A stretch of DNA of 64,000 nt from an uncultured Candidatus Rokubacteria bacterium (GCA_963771355.1 CAVYTA010000001.1:96001-160000); one strand, 5' to 3'; shown: positions 29,889-38,941, counted from the first letter of the stretch. Notes: generated by a model from the letters alone, not told the origin. Translations and numbers: made by a program.

Positions 29889-31036
29889 GCTGGGCGATCT
29901 GGATTACCGGCCTTCCCGGCAGCGGCAAGTCGGCCATCGCCCGTGCCGCGGCGGCCGAGCTGAGGCGGCTCGGCCGGCCGGTGGCGCTGCTCGAGCTCGA
30001 CGAGATCAGGAAGAGCATCACGCCGACGCCGCGTTACACCGACGCCGAACGCGACGTCGTGTACCGGGCGCTAACCTATCTGGCGGCCATGCTGACGGAG
30101 GTGAAGGTGCCGGTGTTCATCGACGCGACTGCCCACCGGCGCGCCTGGCGCGACCTGGCTCGGGCGGTGATCCCGCACTTCGCTGAGGTCCAGCTCGTCT
30201 GTCCCCTGGAAGTCTGCCAGGAACGGGAGCGGACCCGGCCCCTCGGCCACGCCCCGCGGGACATGTATCGCCAGGCGGGATCGCCCCGCGCCACCGTGCC
30301 CGGCGTCAACGTGCCCTATGAAGCGGCGGCGTCGCCGGAGGTGGTGATCGACACCGGAGGGGAGAGCGTGATGGAGGGCGCGGCGCGGGTTGTTCAGCTC
30401 GCGCAAGAGCTCGCCGCCCGGGCCGCCGGGGGCGCGGTCCCGCCCGCCGCCGAGCCCGCGGAACCCGGCTGGGCCATCTGGATCACCGGCCGGCCGGGAA
30501 GCGGAAAGAGCACGCTGGCGACGCGCGCGGCGGCTGCCCTCGCGGCGCGCGGCGTGCATGCGCGCGTGCTCAATCATGCCAGCGTCCGCAGCTTCCTGCT
30601 CGGCGATGGTGCGATCGGGGAGGGGGAGCAGGACTTCATCTACCGCGTCCTCGCCTACGCGGCGAAGCTCCTGACCGAGGCCGGCATGTCGGTGATCGTC
30701 GACGCCACCGCGTCACGCCGCGTCTGGCGCGAGGCGGCGCGCTCCCTCATCCCGTGCTTTGCGGAAGTCCAGCTCCTCTGCCCCGCCGAGATCTGTCTCG
30801 AGCGCGAGCGCGCCGTCCACTGGGGGCTCGCCTCCGGTCTCGATGTCTCTCGCGGCGGCACCGCGAGGGCCCCCGACATCGTGCTGGACTACGAGGAGTC
30901 GTCGCGCCCGGATCTCGCGCTCCGGACGGATGTGCACGACATCTGGACCGAAGTGGAGCAAGTCCTCATTCTCGTCCAGCGTCTGAGAAGCGCGCTGGCC
31001 AATCGGCCCGAAACACCCGAAAGGGGAATGCCATGA
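29885..31036 (+). CDS. Tandem adenylyl-sulfate kinase-like protein (two P-loop domains)
   Basis: WITGLPGSGKS and WITGRPGSGKS; DATA.RR.WR and EVQL.CP.E.C.ERE each twice; VPGV..PYE. Confidence 0.82.
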   Translation: MSWAIWITGLPGSGKSAIARAAAAELRRLGRPVALLELDEIRKSITPTPRYTDAERDVVYRALTYLAAMLTEVKVPVFIDATAHRRAWRDLARAVIPHFAEVQLVCPLEVCQERERTRPLGHAPRDMYRQAGSPRATVPGVNVPYEAAASPEVVIDTGGESVMEGAARVVQLAQELAARAAGGAVPPAAEPAEPGWAIWITGRPGSGKSTLATRAAAALAARGVHARVLNHASVRSFLLGDGAIGEGEQDFIYRVLAYAAKLLTEAGMSVIVDATASRRVWREAARSLIPCFAEVQLLCPAEICLERERAVHWGLASGLDVSRGGTARAPDIVLDYEESSRPDLALRTDVHDIWTEVEQVLILVQRLRSALANRPETPERGMP

Positions 31037-31464
31037 TCGTCAGAGAGTTGATGACCGGAGCGGTGATCACCGCGCCGCCGTGGATGCCCATCCTCGAGGC
31101 GCGCAATCTCATGATCAAGGAGCGTATCCGCCACCTGCCGGTGAGGGCCCCCGGCGGCGAGCTGCTCGGCATGATCACCGATCGGGACATCCGGTTGAAC
31201 TTGCCGTCCCAGGCTACCAGCCTCTCGGTGTGGGAGATCAAACACCTGCTGTCGAAGCTTACCGTCGACGAGGTCATGACGCAGGCGGTGATCACCGTGG
31301 GGCCGGACCGCCCCGCCCGCGAGGCCGCCCGGCTGATGATGGAGCACCAGATCGGGGCGTTGCCCGTCGAGGACGGCGGGTGTCTGGTCGGCATCGTCAC
31401 CGAGACCGACGTGCTGCGGGCCTTCATCCGCATGGATACGCCCCTGGCAAGCCGGCGCAGCTGA
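31033..31464 (+). CDS. CBS domain protein (AcuB-like)
   Basis: IRHLPV, GMITDRDIR, IGALPV, GIVTETD. Confidence 0.92.
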   Translation: MIVRELMTGAVITAPPWMPILEARNLMIKERIRHLPVRAPGGELLGMITDRDIRLNLPSQATSLSVWEIKHLLSKLTVDEVMTQAVITVGPDRPAREAARLMMEHQIGALPVEDGGCLVGIVTETDVLRAFIRMDTPLASRRS

Positions 31465-31604
31465 TGCGCCGCGCGTGTTAGCTGGAGATCGACGAGGTCG
31501 CCGCCCGCCTAGCTCGGGGCATCCATGTCCCATTTCCGGGTCTCGACGCAACAGCACCATGATGACGCATACGCCGAATCTCTTGGATTCACGGCATTCC
31601 TGGA

Positions 31605-32465
31605 GTGGCACCTCGATTGCTCTCCCGTAATGAGCGGGAGGTGCATCTTTTGGAGAAGCAGCTCGAATCGAAGCGACTCTCGCTTCAGGATATCCGGGGA
31701 CGGCTCGATACTCCGCTCATCGGTCACCATCTCTATCTCCTGGAGGAAGTGGAGTCGACCAATGTGAGCCTGCGCGCCATTGCCCGAGCGGGCGGTGCCG
31801 AGGGCACGGTGGTGGTGGCCGAGTCCCAGACGCATGGGCGCGGGCGGCACGGCCAGCCCTGGTTCTCGCCCCCTGGCGTCAATCTCTATGCCTCGGCGCT
31901 ATTCCGTCCAAGCTTCCTTCCGCGGGACGCCGCATCGTTCTCCTTCGTCGCCTCGCTCGCGGTGTACGACGCCCTCCGGGAGCTGGGTGGCGAGCCGGGC
32001 ATCAAGTGGCCGAATGACGTGATCCTGGACGGGAAGAAGGTCGCGGGCACGCTGGTCGAGTGCGCGACACGCGGCCACGAGATCGATTTCCTCATCCTTG
32101 GCGTCGGGGTGAACTTGAACGTCGACCCGGCGGCGTTGAGGGCCGCGCTCGACGGGAGCGGGTTTGCCGCGACTTCTGTGTCTCACGTCCTGGGCAGGAC
32201 GATCGATCGGGACACCTTCGCCGCGTCGTACCTGAACCATCTCGGTCGATGGGTCAGCCGGCATCGTGCAAGCGGACCCGAAGCGATCCTCGCCGCATGG
32301 CGCGATCGCGACATCCTGATCGGCCGACGCGTGCAGATCCGCGCACCCGACGGGGCCTACGAAGGCAGGGCGCGCGCGGTGGACGCCGCGGGCCGCCTCC
32401 TGGTGGATGACTTTCTGGGAGGCCGTCATACCGTCATCTCGGAAGAGGTACGCATCCTCGACTGA
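31605..32465 (+). CDS. birA: Biotin-protein ligase (no HTH); start uncertain
   Basis: ESTN, AESQTHGRGR..W.SP, KWPND, KVAG.L.E, GVGVN. Confidence 0.85.
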   Translation: MAPRLLSRNEREVHLLEKQLESKRLSLQDIRGRLDTPLIGHHLYLLEEVESTNVSLRAIARAGGAEGTVVVAESQTHGRGRHGQPWFSPPGVNLYASALFRPSFLPRDAASFSFVASLAVYDALRELGGEPGIKWPNDVILDGKKVAGTLVECATRGHEIDFLILGVGVNLNVDPAALRAALDGSGFAATSVSHVLGRTIDRDTFAASYLNHLGRWVSRHRASGPEAILAAWRDRDILIGRRVQIRAPDGAYEGRARAVDAAGRLLVDDFLGGRHTVISEEVRILD

Positions 32466-32510
32466 GCGCAGGGTGGTAGACTCGGCCCGTCCGCGACACG
32501 CGGACAGCCC

Positions 32511-34094
32511 ATGGAGCCCGGAAGCCCTCCAGAGCCACGGAGTGAAGTCGACGCCCTCCGCGCCCGCATCGCCGAGCTCGAGCACGCGAAGGCGGATCAG
32601 GTGCGTGCGGAGAGCGCTCTGCGCGAGAGCCAGGAACGCGCGGGCGCCTTGCTCGAGTCGCCTTTCGAGGCCATCGTCATCACCGACGGCCAGGGCCGCA
32701 TCGTGTCGGTGAATGCGAACGCGCTCGCGCTGTTCGATTACGAGCGCGACGGGCTGCTCGGCCAGCCGGTGGAACGTCTCGTTCCCGAGCGTTTTCGGGC
32801 CAGCCACGTCTCCCACCGGGAGCGCTATGCCGCCAGCCCGTTCCCTCGCCCGATGGGGCGCGGCCTGGAGTTGGCCGGGCTGCGCCGGGATGGTACCGAG
32901 TTCCCACTCGACGTGAGCCTGTCTTTCACCGAGACCGCCGACGGCATGCTTTTCCTCGCGTTCATTCGAGACTTGAGCGGGTCTCGCCGGAGTGACGAGG
33001 CCCGGCGCCGCATGGAGGCGCGGGCCGAGGCCTTGCTGGAAGCGGCGTCCGAAGGCATCGTGATCGTGGACCGGGCGGGCCGGATCGTCTCGGTCAACGC
33101 CAAGGCGGAGTCGTTGTTCGGCTACACGCGCTCGGAGATGCTCGGACGGTCACTCGAGATTCTGCTGCCCGAGCGACTGCGTGGGATCCACGCCGGCCAC
33201 CGCGACGGCTATTTCGCCGATCCGCGAATTCGCCCCATGGGCCGGGGACTCGATCTGGTGGGCCGCCGAAAGGACGGCTCCGAGTTCCCCATCGAGATCA
33301 GCCTGAGCTACATCGAAACGGAGGAGGGGCGCCAAGCCATGGCGTTCATCACCGACATCACGCAGCGGCGGGCGCTGGAACAGGCGTCCCGCCAGGCGGA
33401 GCGGTTGGCCTCCCTCGGCACGCTCGCCGCCGGCGTAGCGCACGAGATCAACAATCCCATGGGCATCCTGAACTCGCGCATCGAGGTGATGCTCATGGAG
33501 GCGCCGGACCGTGGCTTTCCGGCCGACGTCATCGAGGATCTCCGCGTGTTGCACCGGAATGTCGCGCGCGTCTCTCGCATTGCCCAGGGGCTCCTGTCCT
33601 TCGCCCGGGGCACCCCTACCGTCCGCGCCCGAGTGAATCTGAACGAGGTCATCGAGGAAACCCTGCTGCTCACCCGGAACCAGATGGGGAAGGACGGCAT
33701 CGAGATCCAGAGCTTACTGGACGCGCGGCCGCTCTTCGTCCTGGGCCACGGAAACGCGCTCGAGCAGGTGCTCCTCAACCTCCTCACCAACGCGCAGGCC
33801 GCGATCACCGGTCCGGGCCGGGTACTCATCACGACCGAGCTGGTGCCGGGCCCTCCCGGTCGCGTGCGCCTGACGGTGAGCGACACGGGCGGTGGGATTC
33901 CGGCCGACGTCGTCCCGCGGATCTTCGACCCGTTCTACACGACCAGGGAGACCGGAACCGGGCTCGGTCTTTCCCTGACCTACGGCATCATCCGTGACCA
34001 CGACGGCACGATCGACGTGGAGTCGCGGCCCGGCGAGGGGACGACCTTCACGCTCACCTTCCCGGAATGGCAGGGGGACGTGGACACGACCTAA
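32511..34094 (+). CDS. Cytoplasmic PAS-PAS sensor histidine kinase (FixL-like PAS, NtrB-type core)
   Basis: Two PAS domains with PER.R..H..HR..Y...RPMGRGL.L.G.R.DG.EFP; AHEINNP; QVLLNLLTNA; DTGGG; GTGLGL. Confidence 0.93.
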   Translation: MEPGSPPEPRSEVDALRARIAELEHAKADQVRAESALRESQERAGALLESPFEAIVITDGQGRIVSVNANALALFDYERDGLLGQPVERLVPERFRASHVSHRERYAASPFPRPMGRGLELAGLRRDGTEFPLDVSLSFTETADGMLFLAFIRDLSGSRRSDEARRRMEARAEALLEAASEGIVIVDRAGRIVSVNAKAESLFGYTRSEMLGRSLEILLPERLRGIHAGHRDGYFADPRIRPMGRGLDLVGRRKDGSEFPIEISLSYIETEEGRQAMAFITDITQRRALEQASRQAERLASLGTLAAGVAHEINNPMGILNSRIEVMLMEAPDRGFPADVIEDLRVLHRNVARVSRIAQGLLSFARGTPTVRARVNLNEVIEETLLLTRNQMGKDGIEIQSLLDARPLFVLGHGNALEQVLLNLLTNAQAAITGPGRVLITTELVPGPPGRVRLTVSDTGGGIPADVVPRIFDPFYTTRETGTGLGLSLTYGIIRDHDGTIDVESRPGEGTTFTLTFPEWQGDVDTT

Positions 34095-34104
34095 GAGACG
34101 CAGT

Positions 34105-34156
34105 GGGGCGGTACCGCACCGGGAACGGGGTGCCCTTGCCACACAGGCGTGCCCCA
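34105..34156. promoter_or_regulatory. Putative enhancer sites
   Basis: GGGGCG-GTAC-CGCACC, GGGGTG-CCCT-TGCCAC, half-site TGCCCCA. Confidence 0.55.
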
Positions 34157-34205
34157 CTCTCCCTCCGAAGTGCCGGAACTAAGTGAAACAACGGACAATC
34201 CGGGA

Positions 34206-34221
34206 TGGCACCGGGGTTGCT
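34206..34221 (+). promoter_or_regulatory. sigma54 -24/-12 promoter
   Basis: TGGCACCGGGGTTGCT. Confidence 0.85.
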
Positions 34222-34233
34222 CTCTTCTGGGTC

Positions 34234-35589
34234 ATGACAACCAATACCCAGGAGTTCCCTTCTCCCCCGACCACCGATCCGGCTCCCCTCGTGCGCCAGA
34301 TCCCCACCCAGGGGCGCGCCTGCCTGAGCTATCTCATCGCGGATCCCGAGTCTCGGCTGGCCGTGGTGGTCGACCCGCGCCGTGACCAGGTAGACACCTA
34401 TCTCGACCTGCTGAAGCGGGAGGGGTTCCGGCTCGAGATCGTGATCGACACGCATACGCACGCGGATCATCTGTCCGGGGCCGCAGAGCTCGCGCGACGC
34501 ATCGGGGTGCCGTACGCGATGCTCGAGGGACACCGGGTGACCGCCGTCTCTCGCACCTTGACCGCAGGCGAACGTGTCCAGGTCGGCCGGCTCGCGCTCG
34601 AGATCGTGGCCAGCCCCGGCCATACGCCGGATGGCCTCGCCATCTGGACCAATGGCCACCTCTTCACCGGCGACACGCTCCTCATCGGCGGAGCCGGCCG
34701 TGCCGACTTCACGGAAGGCGATCCCGGCCAGCTCTACGACAGCCTGCAGCGGCTGGCCCACTTCCCGCCCGACTCCGTGGTCTGGCCCGCGCACGACTAT
34801 CACGGCCATCGCCAGAGCACGCTCCGCCGTGAGCGGGAGACGAACCCCCTCTACTCGGCCGGCGATCGCGCGGCGGTCGTCGAGCGGCTGGCCGCGCGCG
34901 GGCCCCTGCCGCCGGGCATGGCCGAGGTCCTGGCCTTCAATCGCCGGGGAGACGAGCCGGGCGCCGATATCGATCCCCGGACCGTTCACGAGATGCTGCA
35001 GGCCGATCCCACCGCGCTCCGCCTCGTCGACGTCCGGACGAGGCAGGAGGTCGACGCCACGAGCATCGCCGGCGCGACGAACGTGCCCCTGGATGAGTTC
35101 GAGGAGCATATCGGCGAGCTCCGCGCCTCGGCGAGCCTCCTGGTACTGCTGTGCGAGTCGGGCAACCGCGCGCGCCTCGCGGCGCAGATCCTCGAGCGTC
35201 ACGACGTGGACCGCTATCGCGTCCTCCACGGGGGTATGCGGGGCTGGGTGAAGGCGGGGCTGCCGCATCAGGGTGGCCGCCGGGTCCTGCCGATCATGCG
35301 TCAGGTCCAGCTCGCCGCCGGGTTGCTGGTCCTCACCGGCCTGGGACTCGGCGCCTTCGTCGATCACTGGTTCTATCTCATCAGCGCGCTTGCGGGCGGG
35401 GGGCTGACCGTGGCCGGCCTCACGGGCTATTGCGGCATGGCGCTCCTGCTGGCGCGGATGCCCTGGAACCGCGTGGCGCGGCCGGCGGCCGCGGCGGGTC
35501 CGATCGCAAACGGCGTCACGGGGACGTGCGAGACCGGCGGCGCGGCGCCTCGCGGCGAGCCTGCCCGCGGCAACTGCGAGACGCCATGA
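34234..35589 (+). CDS. MBL-fold persulfide dioxygenase-rhodanese-DUF2892 (YgaP-like) fusion
   Basis: DTHTHADH, PGHT, FTGD, PAHDY; rhodanese DVR..E, CESGNR; RQVQ..AG, TGYCGM..LL..MPWN. Confidence 0.88.
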   Translation: MTTNTQEFPSPPTTDPAPLVRQIPTQGRACLSYLIADPESRLAVVVDPRRDQVDTYLDLLKREGFRLEIVIDTHTHADHLSGAAELARRIGVPYAMLEGHRVTAVSRTLTAGERVQVGRLALEIVASPGHTPDGLAIWTNGHLFTGDTLLIGGAGRADFTEGDPGQLYDSLQRLAHFPPDSVVWPAHDYHGHRQSTLRRERETNPLYSAGDRAAVVERLAARGPLPPGMAEVLAFNRRGDEPGADIDPRTVHEMLQADPTALRLVDVRTRQEVDATSIAGATNVPLDEFEEHIGELRASASLLVLLCESGNRARLAAQILERHDVDRYRVLHGGMRGWVKAGLPHQGGRRVLPIMRQVQLAAGLLVLTGLGLGAFVDHWFYLISALAGGGLTVAGLTGYCGMALLLARMPWNRVARPAAAAGPIANGVTGTCETGGAAPRGEPARGNCETP

Positions 35590-35618
35590 GATGGGTGATC
35601 TGGATGAAAGGAGTCGCG

Positions 35619-36041
35619 ATGAAAGTGCGTGACCTCATGACCACTACCCCGACCACGGTTTCTCCGAAGATGCCGGTACTCGAGGCCAGGGAGCTCATGG
35701 CCAAGGGCCGCTTCCGCCATCTGCTGGTCGTCGAGGATGGGTCCTTGATGGGCGTGATCACGGACCGTGACATCCGCCTCAATCTGCCGTCTCAGGCCAC
35801 GAGTCTGTCGGTGTGGGAGCTGAACTATCTTCTCGCTCGACTCACCGTGGGGACCGTGATGACCAAGGCCGTGGTCATGGTGGAGCCAGCGCGCGAGGCG
35901 GTGGAAGCGGCCCGGTTGATGCTGGACCACAAGATCGGCTGCCTCGCCGTCACCGAGGGTGACCGGGTGGTGGGGATTGTCACCGAATCAGACTTCCTCC
36001 GCGCATTCGTCCTGCTCGCGTCGCCCCCGGCCGCGCACTGA
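35619..36041 (+). CDS. CBS domain protein (AcuB-like), paralog of 31033
   Basis: Shares DRDIRLNLPSQATSLSVWE with 31033-31464. Confidence 0.92.
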   Translation: MKVRDLMTTTPTTVSPKMPVLEARELMAKGRFRHLLVVEDGSLMGVITDRDIRLNLPSQATSLSVWELNYLLARLTVGTVMTKAVVMVEPAREAVEAARLMLDHKIGCLAVTEGDRVVGIVTESDFLRAFVLLASPPAAH

Positions 36042-36056
36042 GGTCGGGTCCCCCGC

Positions 36057-36476
36057 ATGAGCGCCACTCGCGCCATCCGGATCCTCGTCGTTGACGACGA
36101 GGCGGACCTGGTCGCGACGTACCGTCGTCTGTTCCACCGTCACGGCTACGATGTGACGTCGGCGGCAACGCGCGCGGGTGGTCTCTTGCTCATCGACTCG
36201 TGGCCGCCCGATCTCATCATCACGGATCTGGAATTGCCGGACGGCGACGGGCTGGATCTCGTTCGCGCGGCCCGCGGTGCCTCGGCGACCTCTGGGATCA
36301 TCGTGGTCAGCGGACGCTCATCGAGTGGCGCGCGGGAGGAAGCCATCGCGGCCGGCGCCTCCGCCTTCGTCGCCAAGCCCTTCTCGGCCGCCGCGCTGCG
36401 CGACCTCGTGCGGTCACTCCTCGATCATCCGCGAACTGACACCGGCCGCCGGGACAGCAATGTCCCACTGCGGTAG
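36057..36476 (+). CDS. Single-domain response regulator
   Basis: VVDDE, TDLELPDGDG, VSG, AKPF. Confidence 0.9.
   Translation: MSATRAIRILVVDDEADLVATYRRLFHRHGYDVTSAATRAGGLLLIDSWPPDLIITDLELPDGDGLDLVRAARGASATSGIIVVSGRSSSGAREEAIAAGASAFVAKPFSAAALRDLVRSLLDHPRTDTGRRDSNVPLR
36451..36466. promoter_or_regulatory. Putative enhancer palindrome
   Basis: GGGACA-GCAA-TGTCCC, 88 bp upstream of the sigma54 site. Confidence 0.7.
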
Positions 36477-36538
36477 CTGGGCCTCGTCGCAAGTTCGCTG
36501 AGCGCTCACAAGTTCGTGTTTTGACTCATATCTCAGGA

Positions 36539-36554
36539 TGGCACACCGGTTGCT
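36539..36554 (+). promoter_or_regulatory. sigma54 -24/-12 promoter
   Basis: TGGCACACCGGTTGCT. Confidence 0.85.
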
Positions 36555-36581
36555 GCTGGTGCTGGCCAGGAGGACAGGACA

Positions 36582-37073
36582 ATGAATGTGAAGCGCATCA
36601 TGGTGGCCCTGGATGGTTCGACCCTCGCCGAACGTGCTCTCGCCCCGGCGGCCGAGTTGGCCCGGGACGCGTCCGCCACGCTCGTGCTCATGCGAGCGGT
36701 CGAAGCGCCGATCATGCACGGCTCCGATCTCATCGAGGCGCAGGTGGCGGTGGTGCGCGACGCGGAGGTTTATCTGGATGAGCAGGCGAGACGTCTCCGA
36801 CGTGACGGGATCGCGCGCGTGGTGACGTCAGTCTGGTACGGAGCGCCGGCGCCCAGCATCGTGGAGGCGGCTCACCGGCGGGAGGCGGATCTCATCGTGA
36901 TGTCCAGCCACGGGCGGAGCGGCATCGGTCGACTTGTTCTCGGCAGCGTGGCCGAGTCGGTCCTGCGCGCCACGTCCAAGTCGATCCTGCTGGTCCGGGC
37001 CCCCAGCGCCCCCGTTGATACTCCCGTGCGGACGATCGAGCCCCGTGAAGCCAAGGAGGCCCTCCATGCCTAG
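36582..37073 (+). CDS. Universal stress protein
   Basis: ALDGS, MSSHGRSG..LVLGSVAE. Confidence 0.94.
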   Translation: MNVKRIMVALDGSTLAERALAPAAELARDASATLVLMRAVEAPIMHGSDLIEAQVAVVRDAEVYLDEQARRLRRDGIARVVTSVWYGAPAPSIVEAAHRREADLIVMSSHGRSGIGRLVLGSVAESVLRATSKSILLVRAPSAPVDTPVRTIEPREAKEALHA

Positions 37074-37531
37074 CGCGAAGAGTGGATCCGTCCGTCACAT
37101 CCTGTATCCGTCGGATTTTTCGCCGGCGTCCAGCGCCGCCTTCACGAAAGCGCTGGCGCTGGCCCGGGACGCCAAGGCGCAGCTGACCATCGTGCACGTC
37201 CTGAGCCCCTCGGTGGTGCTGCCCGTCGACGGCTACGTGGCGCCCAGTGTCTACGACGACATTCAGCGCTCTGTCGAGAGCGCATGCGCGGAGGAAACTC
37301 GCTGCCTTGCTCGCGCGGGCGCGAAAAGCCGGCGTGGGCGCCAAAACCGCGCTGATCCAAGGCGTGGCCGCCGAACGGATCGTGGCGGCGGCTCGGCGGA
37401 ACCGCGCCGATCTCATCGTGATCGGCACGCATGGTCGGACGGGCCTGGCCCGTTTAATGCTCGGGAGCGTGGCGTCGCGCGTGGTGGCTACCGCCGCCTG
37501 CCCGGTTCTCACGGTGCGAGGGCGGGGATAG
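37066..37531 (+). pseudogene. Universal stress protein with frameshift near 37275 (or sequencing error)
   Basis: ILYPSDFS..VYDDIQRS in one frame; RAHARRKL..GTHGRTGL..GSVA..CPVLTV* in the next. Confidence 0.8.
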
Positions 37532-37545
37532 GGAGAGGCCAGGGC

Positions 37546-38130
37546 ATGTCATTTCACACGATTGTGCTGGCCACCGATTTCTCGCCGGCCGTCCGGGAAG
37601 CGGAAAGGCTCGCGGGCGAGCTCGCCCGGCCGGCGAACGCCACTCTTCATCTCGTTCACGTCGTGCCACTCTGGTCCTCGCCCGGGGAGGCGGCGCAAAA
37701 GCTCGCCACGATCGAGGGCGCCGTCGGTCCGGGTCTCAAGAGAGTGACCGCGCTGCTGCTGTTTGGATCCGCGGCGCGGGTGATCGTGACATACGCCCGC
37801 GACCAGGGCGCGGACCTGATCGTGGTGGGCACGCACGGGAGGACCGGCGTGAGCCGCGTGCTCATGGGTAGCGTGGCCGAGGCGGTTGCCCGCCTGGCGC
37901 CCTGCCCCGTTCTGATCGTGCCCGCGCCCACGGAGGTCGCGACGACGGAGACGCCGAAGGAGGCCGCCGCCCGGACCGCGGCGGAAACGCCCGCCTCCCG
38001 TCGCTGCGCGGTCTGCGCCGGTGAGACGGAGGATCTGATCTGCGAGACGTGCCGGGCCCGCATTCGGGGAGAGGCGCTCGAGCAGAAGCGCGACGCGGAG
38101 CGGAGCGGGCGCCGGGGCTCGCCCGCCTAG
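37546..38130 (+). CDS. Universal stress protein with C-terminal zinc ribbon
   Basis: ATDFS, GTHGRTG..GSVAE; CAVC-x8-CETC. Confidence 0.9.
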   Translation: MSFHTIVLATDFSPAVREAERLAGELARPANATLHLVHVVPLWSSPGEAAQKLATIEGAVGPGLKRVTALLLFGSAARVIVTYARDQGADLIVVGTHGRTGVSRVLMGSVAEAVARLAPCPVLIVPAPTEVATTETPKEAAARTAAETPASRRCAVCAGETEDLICETCRARIRGEALEQKRDAERSGRRGSPA

Positions 38131-38810
38131 AGCTCGCCCTTCCAGGCCCTGCGGTCCGTATCGACGGCCAGGCGGTTGTCGACACGCCGGACGCCCTCGA
38201 TAGTACGCGCGAGGCTTTCGAGGGCCTCGCGCTCGGCTGGTGATCCTACGACGCCCCAGAGCGCGATAACCCCATCGCTTGCCTCCACGACGACGGCGCG
38301 GGGCTCCCACCCTCCCCGGTTGATTCGTGCGCGCATGGCGGACACCAGACGGGTGTCGGGCTCCGGCGGCGCGACAGGGAATCGGGCAAGGGCCCGGACG
38401 AGATCTCCCCGGCTCACGAGGCCGACGAGGCGCCCACCCGAGACGACGGGGACGCGCCGGATGCCGTGCTCGTCGAGCACCTGCGCGGCCGCTGCGACCG
38501 GCAGGTCGGGCCCCACGGTGAGCGCCGGGTGGGTCATGACCTCTCCGACCGTGATATCGCCCGCGGAAGGGAACTCGTAGGCGGATGAATCGTCACCTCG
38601 GAGCACACCGTGCCACCAGGGCGCGCGGCGCCGGGGCCGGTGGCGAACGACAAGGTCGCCGTCGCTGACCATCCCGACCACCATGCCGTCGTCGTCGACC
38701 ACGGGAAGCCCGCTCACCCCGTGGGAAATCATGAGCCGGGCGGCGTCCTGTATCGAGACTCCTGGCGTCACGGCGATCACATCCCAGTTCATGACCTCCG
38801 CGATGTTCAT
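38127..38810 (-). CDS. CBS-BON domain protein
   Basis: VSGLPVVD, IRRVPVV; BON GVIALWG.V..ER..A..IEGVRRVDNRL. Confidence 0.9.
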   Translation of the reverse strand: MNIAEVMNWDVIAVTPGVSIQDAARLMISHGVSGLPVVDDDGMVVGMVSDGDLVVRHRPRRRAPWWHGVLRGDDSSAYEFPSAGDITVGEVMTHPALTVGPDLPVAAAAQVLDEHGIRRVPVVSGGRLVGLVSRGDLVRALARFPVAPPEPDTRLVSAMRARINRGGWEPRAVVVEASDGVIALWGVVGSPAEREALESLARTIEGVRRVDNRLAVDTDRRAWKGEL

Positions 38811-38836
38811 CGCGCGCTCCTCCCGACCTCGCGAAG

Positions 38837-38852
38837 TGCAAGCCGGATGCCG
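38837..38852 (-). promoter_or_regulatory. sigma54 -24/-12 promoter
   Basis: CGGCATCCGGCTTGCA on minus strand. Confidence 0.78.
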
Positions 38853-38905
38853 CGCGATAATCGACGAGATATTCGCGAGATTCGCACCGACTCCCCGTGC
38901 GCCTC

Positions 38906-38941
38906 GGGGCGGCGCCACCCCAGGGCGGGCACCGGCGCCCC
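38906..38941. promoter_or_regulatory. Putative paired enhancer palindromes between divergent promoters
   Basis: GGGGCG-GCGC-CACCCC and CGGGCA-CCGG-CGCCCC. Confidence 0.6.

Noticed and set aside
29885..31036. Gene symbol cysC / sulfate assimilation operon
   Set aside because: Duplicated divergent domains and no sat, cysDN or cysH nearby.
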